64,000 bases of DNA from an uncultured Chlorobiaceae bacterium (GTDB lineage Bacteria > Bacteroidota > Ignavibacteria > UBA10030 > SZUA-254): the NCBI GenBank assembly GCA_964484465.1, contig CAZAFL010000016.1, forward strand, positions 4,072 to 68,071, given 5' to 3'. A model generated the notes under the pieces. That model was not told the origin of the DNA. It searched no databases and saw only the letters and a list, made by a program, of their open reading frames with translations. A program made the translations under genes and the position numbers. Below, piece after piece: positions 46,552-55,273 of the stretch (position 1 is the first letter of the stretch; each line of letters starts with the position of its first letter).

Positions 46552-47199
46552 TTATTTCAGAAACACCATTTTTCTGCCTCGCTCGAAGCGTCCGGCCGAA
46601 ATTCTGTAAATATAAACTCCGGTGCTCATGTATGCTGCATTGAAGTGCACAGTATGAGTACCGGCGTCAATGTGCTGGTTATCGATCAATGTTGCAATTT
46701 CATCGCCGTCGATGCCGTACACCTTCAGCGTGACCGTTGAACCCGTCGCTAATTTGAACATAATATCAGTAGAAGGATTAAAGGGATTCGGATAATTCTG
46801 CAGCAGGTCAAATTTCGGGGGTACGTTGTTACCTTCGTCAACAGATGTCGCCGTCGTCGTGTCGACAGTGATGATTCCTTTCATCCCAAAAGATGAATGA
46901 GGCTGGCAAACATAATAATGCGTTCCTCCATGTGAGAATACAACCGTCCCTCCCCCAAATCCTACGGAGAAGCCTCCGGAAAGCGGCGTAAATCCATTTG
47001 CCTGCCATGTCGCCTGGCTTACTTCAACAGCATTATGAATAGATTCAAGAACGAACCTGCCTGTATCACCGACTGTAACCGAAAGATTACTCGGTGCAAA
47101 TCCAAAACCCGAAGTGTTAATTGTGTGAACTGCTCCAGCGGCAAGAGAACCGACGAGAGCTGTTATGAGAACAAACAAGAACAATCGTTGCAGTATCAT
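46552..47199 (-). CDS. T9SS-secreted single-domain plastocyanin-like cupredoxin
   Basis: 'SIHNAVEV ... YYVCQPHSSFGMKGIITV' and the T9SS C-terminal domain 'YPNPFNPSTDIMFKLA...'. Confidence 0.75.
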   Translation of the reverse strand: MILQRLFLFVLITALVGSLAAGAVHTINTSGFGFAPSNLSVTVGDTGRFVLESIHNAVEVSQATWQANGFTPLSGGFSVGFGGGTVVFSHGGTHYYVCQPHSSFGMKGIITVDTTTATSVDEGNNVPPKFDLLQNYPNPFNPSTDIMFKLATGSTVTLKVYGIDGDEIATLIDNQHIDAGTHTVHFNAAYMSTGVYIYRISAGRFERGRKMVFLK

Positions 47200-47367
47200 A
47201 CACCCTTTCTTAAGTTTAATTTGAATAATGTTGGCTCAACATCACAGAAAAAAAATAAACCGATACAACGGCGATTACTAAGTTCTTATTCCCTCATAGT
47301 ATAAAGGAATCGACCCGTGGTAACTACGAACCGCCCAATGAACAGCAGTATAATGAATGCAAAAAGC

Positions 47368-47790
47368 CTATTGCACAATAATAGTACCCACCATACCCAT
47401 GGCACGATGATATGTGCAGAAATACGAATACGTTCCAGTGGTGTTGAACGTAAACGTCTTGCTACTGCCCGCGGGCATGTTTCCTGTATCCCAAACTCCT
47501 GCATCACTCGTTGCAGTGTGTGCAATGCCATCAGTATTCTTCCACGTTACTGTTGTACCGCGTGAAACAGTCAATGTACTCGGACTAAATGCCATGCTGC
47601 TCATGGTGACGGTGTTCGGCGAAGGATTGCCGCCCGGATTTGGCGACGTCGGATAATTCGCCGACTGGTCCATACAACCCGCAATGGCAAACGCTACAAG
47701 ACACGTTACTATCAGAGCAAATCTGCATCGATTCCTGGTACTAATACGTCTTTCAATTCCATGTGTTCTTAGCATAATCATAAACCTCAC
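47368..47790 (-). CDS. Blue-copper (plastocyanin/pseudoazurin-like) lipoprotein
   Basis: Lipobox 'AIAGC'. Cu ligands 'GIAHTA' and 'YFCTYHRAMGMVG'. 140 aa. Confidence 0.75.
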   Translation of the reverse strand: MRFMIMLRTHGIERRISTRNRCRFALIVTCLVAFAIAGCMDQSANYPTSPNPGGNPSPNTVTMSSMAFSPSTLTVSRGTTVTWKNTDGIAHTATSDAGVWDTGNMPAGSSKTFTFNTTGTYSYFCTYHRAMGMVGTIIVQ

Positions 47791-47944
47791 TAATTTTTAC
47801 TTCAGCATTACATTACCACAATTGTCATACCAAACTGAAAAGCAACAAAACAGAGTACTTTAAAAGAATCCTGAGGCTCATGTGTGCAATTAATGTCACT
47901 ATTATCTGCTTCGATAGGAGATATTTGTAGCAGGAAATCCACAT

Positions 47945-48058
47945 GCTTTGAGGTGTTGATGTGGATAAGAGAGGAAGGAACGGAGTAGAATGGTAGTTGA
48001 GTAGACGAGTGTTTAAGTAGTGGAGTATGTTAGTAAGTTAGTGTAGAGAATGTGTGCT
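47945..48058. repeat. About 110-nt compositionally extreme tract (C-less on plus, G-less on the transcribed minus strand) with reiterated GTAG/AGTA/TTAGTAAG units
   Basis: Direct reading: only 2-3 C in about 110 nt. Lies between the regulator stop and the cupredoxin operon. Confidence 0.5.
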
Positions 48059-48076
48059 CCGCCGGTACTGACTGAG

Positions 48077-49489
48077 TTACTCGCGGTACAGTGAAGGGTC
48101 GATTGAATATTCTTCCAGCTTGCGATAGATTGTTCTTCGGTCAACGTCCATCATTCGTGCAACCAGGTTGAGGTTACCTTTGCATTCTTTCAGCATCCGG
48201 ACAAGATATTTTTGCTCTGCATCCCGCACAATGTTGTCGAGATAACGTTTGTACGAAAGTGTAGTGGTGGCAGGCTGGTCGAGCGATTCTGACCCGGCGA
48301 CAGCCGTACCGGAATTAGGAAGTTCCAATGAAGTGATCGTCTGGCCCGACGCTTTAATGATGGCACGTTTGATAAGGTTTTCCAGCTCACGGATATTTCC
48401 CCTCCACTGGTTATTCATCATATCATGGATAACTGTCGGCGCAAAACCGATGACCGGCTGTCGCGAAAGAGACTGATATTTCTTAAGAAAATGTTCGGCA
48501 AGCAACGGAATATCATCGAGCCTCTCGCGCAGTGGCGGAAGTGTAATCGGAAACACATTCAGCCGGTACAGAAGGTCTTCCCTGAACTTTCCTTCGTTGA
48601 CCATCGATTCGAGACTTCTGTTGGTTGCCGCTATGATGCGAACATCAGCGGTGAGGGAGACGTTGTTTCCAAGCCTCGAGAACAACTTTTCCTGCAGCAC
48701 CCGAAGAAGTTTTGTCTGAAGCTCGAGTGGAAGGTCGCCAATCTCATCGAGAAAGACGGTGCCGCCCTGCGCTTCTTCAAATTTTCCGCGATGCTGACGT
48801 ATGGCACCTGTGAACGCCCCTTTCTCATATCCAAAGAGTTCGCTCTCCAAAAGCGTTGCGGGTATTGCAGAACATTGAACGACAACAAGAGGCATATCCC
48901 GGCGTGGGCTATTGTAGTGAATTGATTTCGCAATCAGCTCCTTCCCTGTTCCTGTTTCACCAAGTACCAGCACGGTCACATCGGTTTCGGCGACTTGCTG
49001 AACAAGCTTAAACACCTGTTTCATTTTCTCGTTCGTGCTGATGATGTTCGAAAAATTCGCTTCCCCTTCGACAAGGTTTCGAAGACGGGCAAGCTCTTTT
49101 GAAACTCTTCGTTCATCGACAGCGCGCTTTATTTTTATGACGAGCTCGTCATTGTTGCACGGTTTCGTGATGTAATCATACGCACCGTGACGCATCGCTT
49201 CGACTGCAGTCTGCACAGAACCGAAACCAGTGACCATTATCACCGTCACATCCGGCACCGTTTTTTTGATGTGCTGAAGCAGCTCCACACCATTCATCCC
49301 TTCCATCACAAGGTCTGAAAGAACGAGGTCAAATGCTTCTTCAGTCAGAAGATGCCTTGCCTCTTCACTCCCTTTTGCGGTCCGGACTGTATATCCTTCA
49401 TCCTTAAGCAACGCATTAGTGGCAAGACGGAATGCTTTATCGTCATCGACAATAAGAATATGAATATCCGAATTTCCCTGAGGTTTCAT
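48077..49489 (-). CDS. Sigma-54-dependent response regulator (receiver, AAA+ activator, Fis-type HTH)
   Basis: 'ILIVDDD', 'GETGTGKE', 'ESELFGYEKGAFTGA', C-terminal HTH. The ORF track extends to 49543; the start used here is the internal Met 'MKPQGN'. There is a short overlap with the kinase gene. Confidence 0.85.
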   Translation of the reverse strand: MKPQGNSDIHILIVDDDKAFRLATNALLKDEGYTVRTAKGSEEARHLLTEEAFDLVLSDLVMEGMNGVELLQHIKKTVPDVTVIMVTGFGSVQTAVEAMRHGAYDYITKPCNNDELVIKIKRAVDERRVSKELARLRNLVEGEANFSNIISTNEKMKQVFKLVQQVAETDVTVLVLGETGTGKELIAKSIHYNSPRRDMPLVVVQCSAIPATLLESELFGYEKGAFTGAIRQHRGKFEEAQGGTVFLDEIGDLPLELQTKLLRVLQEKLFSRLGNNVSLTADVRIIAATNRSLESMVNEGKFREDLLYRLNVFPITLPPLRERLDDIPLLAEHFLKKYQSLSRQPVIGFAPTVIHDMMNNQWRGNIRELENLIKRAIIKASGQTITSLELPNSGTAVAGSESLDQPATTTLSYKRYLDNIVRDAEQKYLVRMLKECKGNLNLVARMMDVDRRTIYRKLEEYSIDPSLYRE

Positions 49490-49496
49490 ATTGAAG

Positions 49497-51314
49497 TTAT
49501 GAATGATAGATGGGGAATGATAGCGTGAATGTCGTTCCTTCACCTATTTTACTTTTCACGGAAATTGTTCCGTCGTGCTGTTTGACAATGCCATATGTGA
49601 CCGACAATCCTAATCCAACGCCGCTCACTGTATTTTTCGTGGTGAAGAATGCATCGAAAATGCGGTCGATATGGTCCTTCGGGATGCCGACGCCGTTATC
49701 CGACACTTCCACAACAATATGTTCATTCTCACGCGTCGATGCGATCGTAATTATCCCGCCATCGGGAAGCGCGTCGTGAGCGTTTACAATCAGATTCAAA
49801 AAAACCTGTTTCAGTTTGTCGGCAGAACCCAAAATCGGCGGCAAGGAACTCATTGCGTTCAACCGCACTTCGATCCTGTCTTCCTTCAGCGTTGCTTTAG
49901 ACGATGTTACAACTTCCTGAATAATATCCTCCAGTGAGACGGGTTCGCGCTTCAGCTCAACCATTGAAGTGCGGTACACATCGAGCATCTGGCGGGTGAG
50001 TTTCGCAAGCCGCTCCACTTCTTCGCCCGCGACATCAAGTAAATCCCGGTCAGGTGATACCGCGCTCATCCGGCGCAATACAGTCTGTAGACAGCTTTGA
50101 ATATTATGGATGGGATTATTGATCTCATGGGCAAGTTGGGCAGTAAGTTTTCCCGTCGCGGCAAGACGTTCCGATTTCACAAGCTCCATCTGGGTATCCT
50201 TTAAGCGCTGGAGTGTCGCTTCGAGTTCCGCGTTCCGTTCTCCGAGCTGGGAAATTTTCTCCTTGAGGGAATTGCTCATCTCTTCAAACTTCTGTGCGAG
50301 GTATTTCAGTTCACCCCCTCCTCCGACAACGATGCGGTGCTCGTAATTTCCCCGGCTTATCTCCGTCGTCCCGTTCACGAGTGCTGCAATCGGCCTCGTG
50401 ATTCCCTGAGAAATGAGAAACCCGATTCCGGCAGTAACGATAAGTACAATCACCGAGAGGATTTCGAACGTACGCAGAACCGGTGCAAGGACGGCCTGCA
50501 CTTCCGCTTCAATCGGTTTCATGAGAAGAAAACCGGCTGCGTGCGCCACATTGACGTCACCGTGGTCGAGGCGACACCATGTCGCGGCAAATTTATTCTG
50601 AGGAGTGTGAATTGTGAAGACTGAAGCACTACCGCGAAACAGCAGCGTCTTCAAACTGATTAATGGGGACCGCAACCACCCGCTGAGATCATGTTCTGAA
50701 TTTGCGTCGAGGGTCGACGATACAGCAATTGAATCAACGGCAAGAAGAGTTTCACTGTTCGTCATCGCGCGGATCGACTGAATATCATTCTGACGGATCC
50801 TGAAACCCATCGTTAACGTTCCGACAACATCCGGACCAATCGATAACGGAACCGTCGCGATACGATAGACACCATTCAAACTGCTCCAGACATCCGTTGA
50901 TGACTCCTTGCGCATTGCGTTGGTGATTGAGGGAAGAAGAGTAAAGTCAATGGATATGCGGCGTCCATCGACAAGAGTTACGAGCGGACTTCCGTGAGCG
51001 TTGGAAAGAATAAACACATCACTTTTCATGCTCTGGTTGAGCTCCTGACACATCTGGTCCGCGGTATTCCTATCGCCGATTTCGACGACCGCCTTCAGCC
51101 GTGGTGTTTCTGCGACTATTTGACACGACCTCAGGATTTCGTTCGCGCGCAGGACCTCGAATTCATTCACAGCGGAGAAATTGCTCTTGAGATCCTCATA
51201 AAATCGTGATTCGACCTGCTCCCGCACGGAGTATGTCAGGACAAAATAGGTAATCACGAGCAAGACCAGCACGACCCCCCAGATTGCAAGTAATATCTTG
51301 GTACGAAACTTCAT
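49497..51314 (-). CDS. Sensor histidine kinase with a large periplasmic (Cache-like) domain, HAMP, HisKA, HATPase_c
   Basis: Two TM segments bracket a sensor domain of about 270 aa. 'AHEINNPIHNI' H-box. 'DNGVGIP' and 'GLGLSVTYGIV' G-boxes. Confidence 0.85.
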   Translation of the reverse strand: MKFRTKILLAIWGVVLVLLVITYFVLTYSVREQVESRFYEDLKSNFSAVNEFEVLRANEILRSCQIVAETPRLKAVVEIGDRNTADQMCQELNQSMKSDVFILSNAHGSPLVTLVDGRRISIDFTLLPSITNAMRKESSTDVWSSLNGVYRIATVPLSIGPDVVGTLTMGFRIRQNDIQSIRAMTNSETLLAVDSIAVSSTLDANSEHDLSGWLRSPLISLKTLLFRGSASVFTIHTPQNKFAATWCRLDHGDVNVAHAAGFLLMKPIEAEVQAVLAPVLRTFEILSVIVLIVTAGIGFLISQGITRPIAALVNGTTEISRGNYEHRIVVGGGGELKYLAQKFEEMSNSLKEKISQLGERNAELEATLQRLKDTQMELVKSERLAATGKLTAQLAHEINNPIHNIQSCLQTVLRRMSAVSPDRDLLDVAGEEVERLAKLTRQMLDVYRTSMVELKREPVSLEDIIQEVVTSSKATLKEDRIEVRLNAMSSLPPILGSADKLKQVFLNLIVNAHDALPDGGIITIASTRENEHIVVEVSDNGVGIPKDHIDRIFDAFFTTKNTVSGVGLGLSVTYGIVKQHDGTISVKSKIGEGTTFTLSFPIYHS

Positions 51315-51336
51315 TTTTTACATGGCGAATTTCGTC

Positions 51337-52536
51337 CTAGAAACTAACGACTGCTTGAATCGCCCCAAGCTGTTCGATAGGACCGGAAAGCAAGCTGATA
51401 ATATTATTCCACCGGTACGCAAATTTCAGCTGAGACTCCCGCGTCAGGCGATAACCGGCGGCGACCTCAAACCTCACAACGTCGTGGTCCCATCTGCCAT
51501 TATAATAATAGATGGTTGAGTAGCTTGGGTCCTGAACGTTTGCTTCTACGGTGCCGAAAAATACTCCGCCCGCACGACCCGAAATTGTACATCGCGGAAA
51601 CACTGTGTATGAACCTTCGAGCGAATAACCCCATGCAGTCAATCCATCTCCATAAAGCTGGTCGAATTTCCAGATATTGTAAATTGCCTCTCCGTAAAGC
51701 GCAAAATGACCAACACTGAATTCAACATCCCCTTCAAGGAGGTGCTGCCGAAAAACCGAATTACCGGAACCCGTATATGTCCCGGACGACTGGCTGACAT
51801 TGACCTGACCATCCGAGTAGGACCCACCGATTGTCAGGCCAGTCATTGGCGTCAACGCGAGCCGGAAAATCACACCAAACCTGTCATTCGCATTGAGCCC
51901 CTGGTTTGCATAAACGCTTGTAACACTGACAGTCCCATTGATAATTGCAAACGCATAGTCGACAATTCCTTCACTTCCTGAAACTTTAAAGCCGAGGTCG
52001 TAGAGCCCGCGGTCGAGCAGGCGTACGCCATTGCCCGCAACTGTAAATCGGGTATCGAACGGCCATATCTGATAATCCGGATAACGCAATGAGGTATAAT
52101 GTTCATGCATAAGAGGAAGATTGACAAACGGGTTTTTCATCGGGAAGCGGCGACTGCCAAGATTTCCGACTGGGAGTTCAATTTCGCCGGCTTCCAGAGA
52201 AAGATTCAATGGACTCACGTTTGAAATTTTAATAGAGAAGAGGTCGACACGCAGCGCCTGATCCTGAAGAATACGGATGTTGCTTTGAAACGTGATATTC
52301 TCAGAAACCAGAGCATCCGTAAAAAGGTCGAGCCGCCAGTTAAACGTCGAACGACCACCGTTATAGATATACTGAGACTGCTGAGCATCCGATTTAATTA
52401 TTGCGGTAGATGCCTGACCGCTGAAATTTAATTGCGCGTTTGAAGAGAATGCCATGAGAAATGTTCCAAGCAGGATGCCGGCCATCCTGAGAGAACGGGA
52501 CAATGTTCCCAACCTTATCATTTGAAAATCACTCAT
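51337..52536 (-). CDS. Outer-membrane beta-barrel (porin-like) protein
   Basis: Signal peptide, alternating beta-strand pattern, C-terminal '...AVVSF'. Confidence 0.5.
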   Translation of the reverse strand: MSDFQMIRLGTLSRSLRMAGILLGTFLMAFSSNAQLNFSGQASTAIIKSDAQQSQYIYNGGRSTFNWRLDLFTDALVSENITFQSNIRILQDQALRVDLFSIKISNVSPLNLSLEAGEIELPVGNLGSRRFPMKNPFVNLPLMHEHYTSLRYPDYQIWPFDTRFTVAGNGVRLLDRGLYDLGFKVSGSEGIVDYAFAIINGTVSVTSVYANQGLNANDRFGVIFRLALTPMTGLTIGGSYSDGQVNVSQSSGTYTGSGNSVFRQHLLEGDVEFSVGHFALYGEAIYNIWKFDQLYGDGLTAWGYSLEGSYTVFPRCTISGRAGGVFFGTVEANVQDPSYSTIYYYNGRWDHDVVRFEVAAGYRLTRESQLKFAYRWNNIISLLSGPIEQLGAIQAVVSF

Positions 52537-52548
52537 CTTTATTACCGG

Positions 52549-53250
52549 TTATTCCGAATATCCAAAATTAATTGTAGAAGTCTGATCCGCATGGACAGTG
52601 ACAGTCATCGTCGACATCTTTTTTCTTCCATACCAGTAGCTTAAACGATACGTTCCTGCCGGAACATTTTTGATGATGTACGATCCATCCTCTTCGGGAA
52701 CGGTAAAGTATGGATTCGAAAGCACAAGGATTGTCGCGTACATGTACGTATGGATGTCACAATAGATTTTCGTCACACCTTCTTTGTCAAACGTGACCGA
52801 CTTCGACCTCCCCTGTGGATAGCGCCCGAGGTCAAATTCTTTTGGCTGAGAGTAGGAGAAAACGTTATGGTAAAGATTATCATTATTCGGAAAATCGACC
52901 GTAGTTCCCACGATCACAGGAAGCACCAGCGGATGAAACATCATCTGAGATTGAAGGAGTTTTGGGTTAACTTCCGGCACTGTATAAGTTGAGTCGTTGC
53001 TCATCGATTCGATATACACCACAGCTTTCTCGGCAAGCTTGTAAGGTTTGACAGCCTCTTCTGAGTTTGCGCCATGGCTCTGGTATCGCATGAGCATTCG
53101 TCCTCTCATAATTTCTTCCGTCAATTCGTCGGTTGCAGGGACGGCGACTTTCCCCCGAATGCTGCCCGTGAGCTGAGCTGATGAACTGCCGCCAAACAGC
53201 ATCATGCCAAAAAGCATAATACACCCGACTGAAAAAGTATTTAATTTCAT
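52549..53250 (-). CDS. Secreted cupredoxin-like protein with a C-terminal CarboxypepD_reg-like beta-sandwich
   Basis: Possible type-1 Cu ligand set 'NLYHNV ... IYCDIHTYM' (C-x2-H-x2-M, amicyanin-like spacing). 'YIIKNVPAGTYRLSYWY' matches a carboxypeptidase-regulatory-domain pattern. Confidence 0.45.
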   Translation of the reverse strand: MKLNTFSVGCIMLFGMMLFGGSSSAQLTGSIRGKVAVPATDELTEEIMRGRMLMRYQSHGANSEEAVKPYKLAEKAVVYIESMSNDSTYTVPEVNPKLLQSQMMFHPLVLPVIVGTTVDFPNNDNLYHNVFSYSQPKEFDLGRYPQGRSKSVTFDKEGVTKIYCDIHTYMYATILVLSNPYFTVPEEDGSYIIKNVPAGTYRLSYWYGRKKMSTMTVTVHADQTSTINFGYSE

Positions 53251-53520
53251 TGGTAAGAGAGGATGACGAGAACCGTCGTTTTGACGTACTACTGATGGAA
53301 TTTCATCGAATGTACGTTATTTGAGGGAAGAATCAAAATCTCCATAAATAACCCCCCTCCAAAACTCCCAAAAAAAAGTTCCCTTAGCAAAGCGTCAATC
53401 GAAACATGACGATAAGAAACTCGTTATGCCTTGCGAGCTACCTACGGTCTTCGACTTCGCTCGTCCCGTGCCGACACCTCGGGACGGGATTCGCTACGCT
53501 CAGACTGACGGGTTGACAAG

Positions 53521-53547
53521 TTGGTCGGGAGTGCAGCTCCCGACCAA
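53521..53547. repeat. Palindromic element copy 1: TTGGTCGGGAG-tgcag-CTCCCGACCAA
   Basis: Perfect 11-bp stem. Shares its core with copy 2 (GGTCGGGAG / CTCCCGACCAAC). Confidence 0.6.
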
Positions 53548-53574
53548 CAATGCAATCCATCTTGTAAATCCTGG

Positions 53575-54786
53575 TCAATCATGGCCATCATTTTCATCAT
53601 CGCGCTCGGCACTGGCAGGAGCGATGCTCTTTAGATAACCGAACAAGCCGTCAGCTTCTTCATTGGGTCCTGCAGTGAAGAAGAGTCGTCGTTGAGCATT
53701 ACCTTGATCTCCTTGATTGTTATCGTCTCCCTGCTGATCATCATTCTGTTGTACATCACCGGCTCCGAAGGCAAGTGCCCACAGCCCCGGGATAACTATC
53801 GGGTTCCCCTGTGAATCGGCAAGCTGTTCCACAAATTTCCCGTGCAGGTCGAATAGATTGATTCTGCCGTCGCCGAAATTTCCGACGATGATCGCATTCC
53901 TGGATTGTCCGAACCCGTCTTCGGGAACCTTCGCCAATCCCCATGGTGAATTAAGCGTGCCCTGCGAAGCAAATCTTGAGATGAGCGTACCGTCGGTTTT
54001 AAAGATATCGACATATCCGTTTCCCGGACCGGATTCATCATCCTGGTTATCGGGGCCTTTCTGTTTCGCATAGGTCACAAAAAGATTGCCTCCGATATTT
54101 GCAATATTGAACGGCGCGAAGCCCGCGGGAATATTCGGGTCGATGAATTTTTTCGCCGAATCGTATTGGAAGTGGTCGTCAAATGCATCGACAGTTCCAC
54201 CTTTGAAGTTGGTCGCGTAGATGAAGCTCTTTCCGTCGGCCCATCCTTTGGTGATACCTTTGTAGACGGCTTCAAACGACGAGCGGTCTGCAACGACTTT
54301 CGCGCTATTGCCGGAAGCCCATGCCGAAATGATGCCATCTTCGCTCGCGAAAATGAACCTGCTCACTTCACCAGTTGACGGAATCACAAATCCGGTTGTG
54401 GAATTGAAAATAACGCCTGTCGGCGCACCGCCGGTTGAGCTGCTGCTTGTCGGGATTGTCACGGGCGGGCGGATTTCATTCCCATCCTTGTCGTAGATGA
54501 CTGAAACGCTTCCGTGGTTCGATGAAATCCAGATTCTTCCGGTTGGGGTCATTGCGATACCCCAGGCGTTGAGCAGATTATTGTCGATTCTTGCCGGTGA
54601 AAAGCTCGAATTGTTGGCAACGAGGTTTACCTGTACCACCGATGGAACTCCTGAAGTTATAAGCTCAGATACTCCCCCTTTCTGGAGAGCGGTTACTGGA
54701 GGGTCGCTGACGCTATTTTTACAACCGCCGGCAATCAGCCCGGCAACGAGACATATCACCCCAACGCATTTCAATTTTGTAAACAT
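53575..54786 (-). CDS. NHL/beta-propeller lipoprotein (TIGR03118-like conserved hypothetical) with a highly acidic C-terminal tail
   Basis: Lipobox 'LIAGGC', repeated beta-propeller blade patterns, C-terminus 'DDQQGDDNNQGDQGN...ERDDENDGHD'. Confidence 0.45.
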   Translation of the reverse strand: MFTKLKCVGVICLVAGLIAGGCKNSVSDPPVTALQKGGVSELITSGVPSVVQVNLVANNSSFSPARIDNNLLNAWGIAMTPTGRIWISSNHGSVSVIYDKDGNEIRPPVTIPTSSSSTGGAPTGVIFNSTTGFVIPSTGEVSRFIFASEDGIISAWASGNSAKVVADRSSFEAVYKGITKGWADGKSFIYATNFKGGTVDAFDDHFQYDSAKKFIDPNIPAGFAPFNIANIGGNLFVTYAKQKGPDNQDDESGPGNGYVDIFKTDGTLISRFASQGTLNSPWGLAKVPEDGFGQSRNAIIVGNFGDGRINLFDLHGKFVEQLADSQGNPIVIPGLWALAFGAGDVQQNDDQQGDDNNQGDQGNAQRRLFFTAGPNEEADGLFGYLKSIAPASAERDDENDGHD

Positions 54787-54904
54787 AATTTTGCCCCTTT
54801 CATAATGTTAATTCACGCTGTCCCAAAGGGATCACTTCGGGATAATTCCTCTCTTTGAAAAAGAGAGGGATGTAATGACAACGTTGTTTATTCTGGTCCC
54901 AGGC

Positions 54905-54929
54905 TGGTCGGGAGTTTTACTCCCGACCA
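54905..54929. repeat. Palindromic element copy 2: TGGTCGGGAG-tttta-CTCCCGACCA, with an adjacent CCTCTCTTT-gaa-AAAGAGAGG hairpin at 54848-54868
   Basis: Direct reading. The two copies bracket the beta-propeller lipoprotein gene. Confidence 0.6.
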
Positions 54930-55273
54930 ACGTAGGGCATCGAAGGATGTACCGCAATGGATTATTGGTACGACCGTTACTACAGGGGTGCTCCCTAAAC
55001 ACTCCTGCAGGGGCCATTGGATACTATGACAAATGCTGTACCAAGAAAAAAATGACAATATTGGTTAATTATGGAAGAAAAGAGATTGGGGATGGTGCAT
55101 TGGTGTCACAAGTGGATGAATAAGACGGAGAAGAATGTTGCATTAGGGCGACAAGGGTGCAAGAAGATATTGTGAATCTGCCGTTGTGTTCAAGCATCGT
55201 TATTTGTTAATTGGATATACACAATGCTTTTTTATGCCTTGAGGCAAAACGTCAGGCAAAGGTAAGCAGCCCA

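Noticed and set aside
47791-48076. NtrC-type enhancer palindromes or a sigma-54 promoter for the cupredoxin operon
   Set aside because: The TGCAA-N5-GTCACT found at about 47895 lacks the critical CC (GG on the other strand), and no clear paired regulator half-sites were seen.
53462-53486. Sigma-54 -24/-12 element (cGGcac-N5-gaGCg on the minus strand) upstream of the cupredoxin-like/OMP/kinase operon
   Set aside because: Only the GG and GC dinucleotides match and the -12 region is poor. It sits about 220 nt from the start codon. Too weak to call without TSS data.
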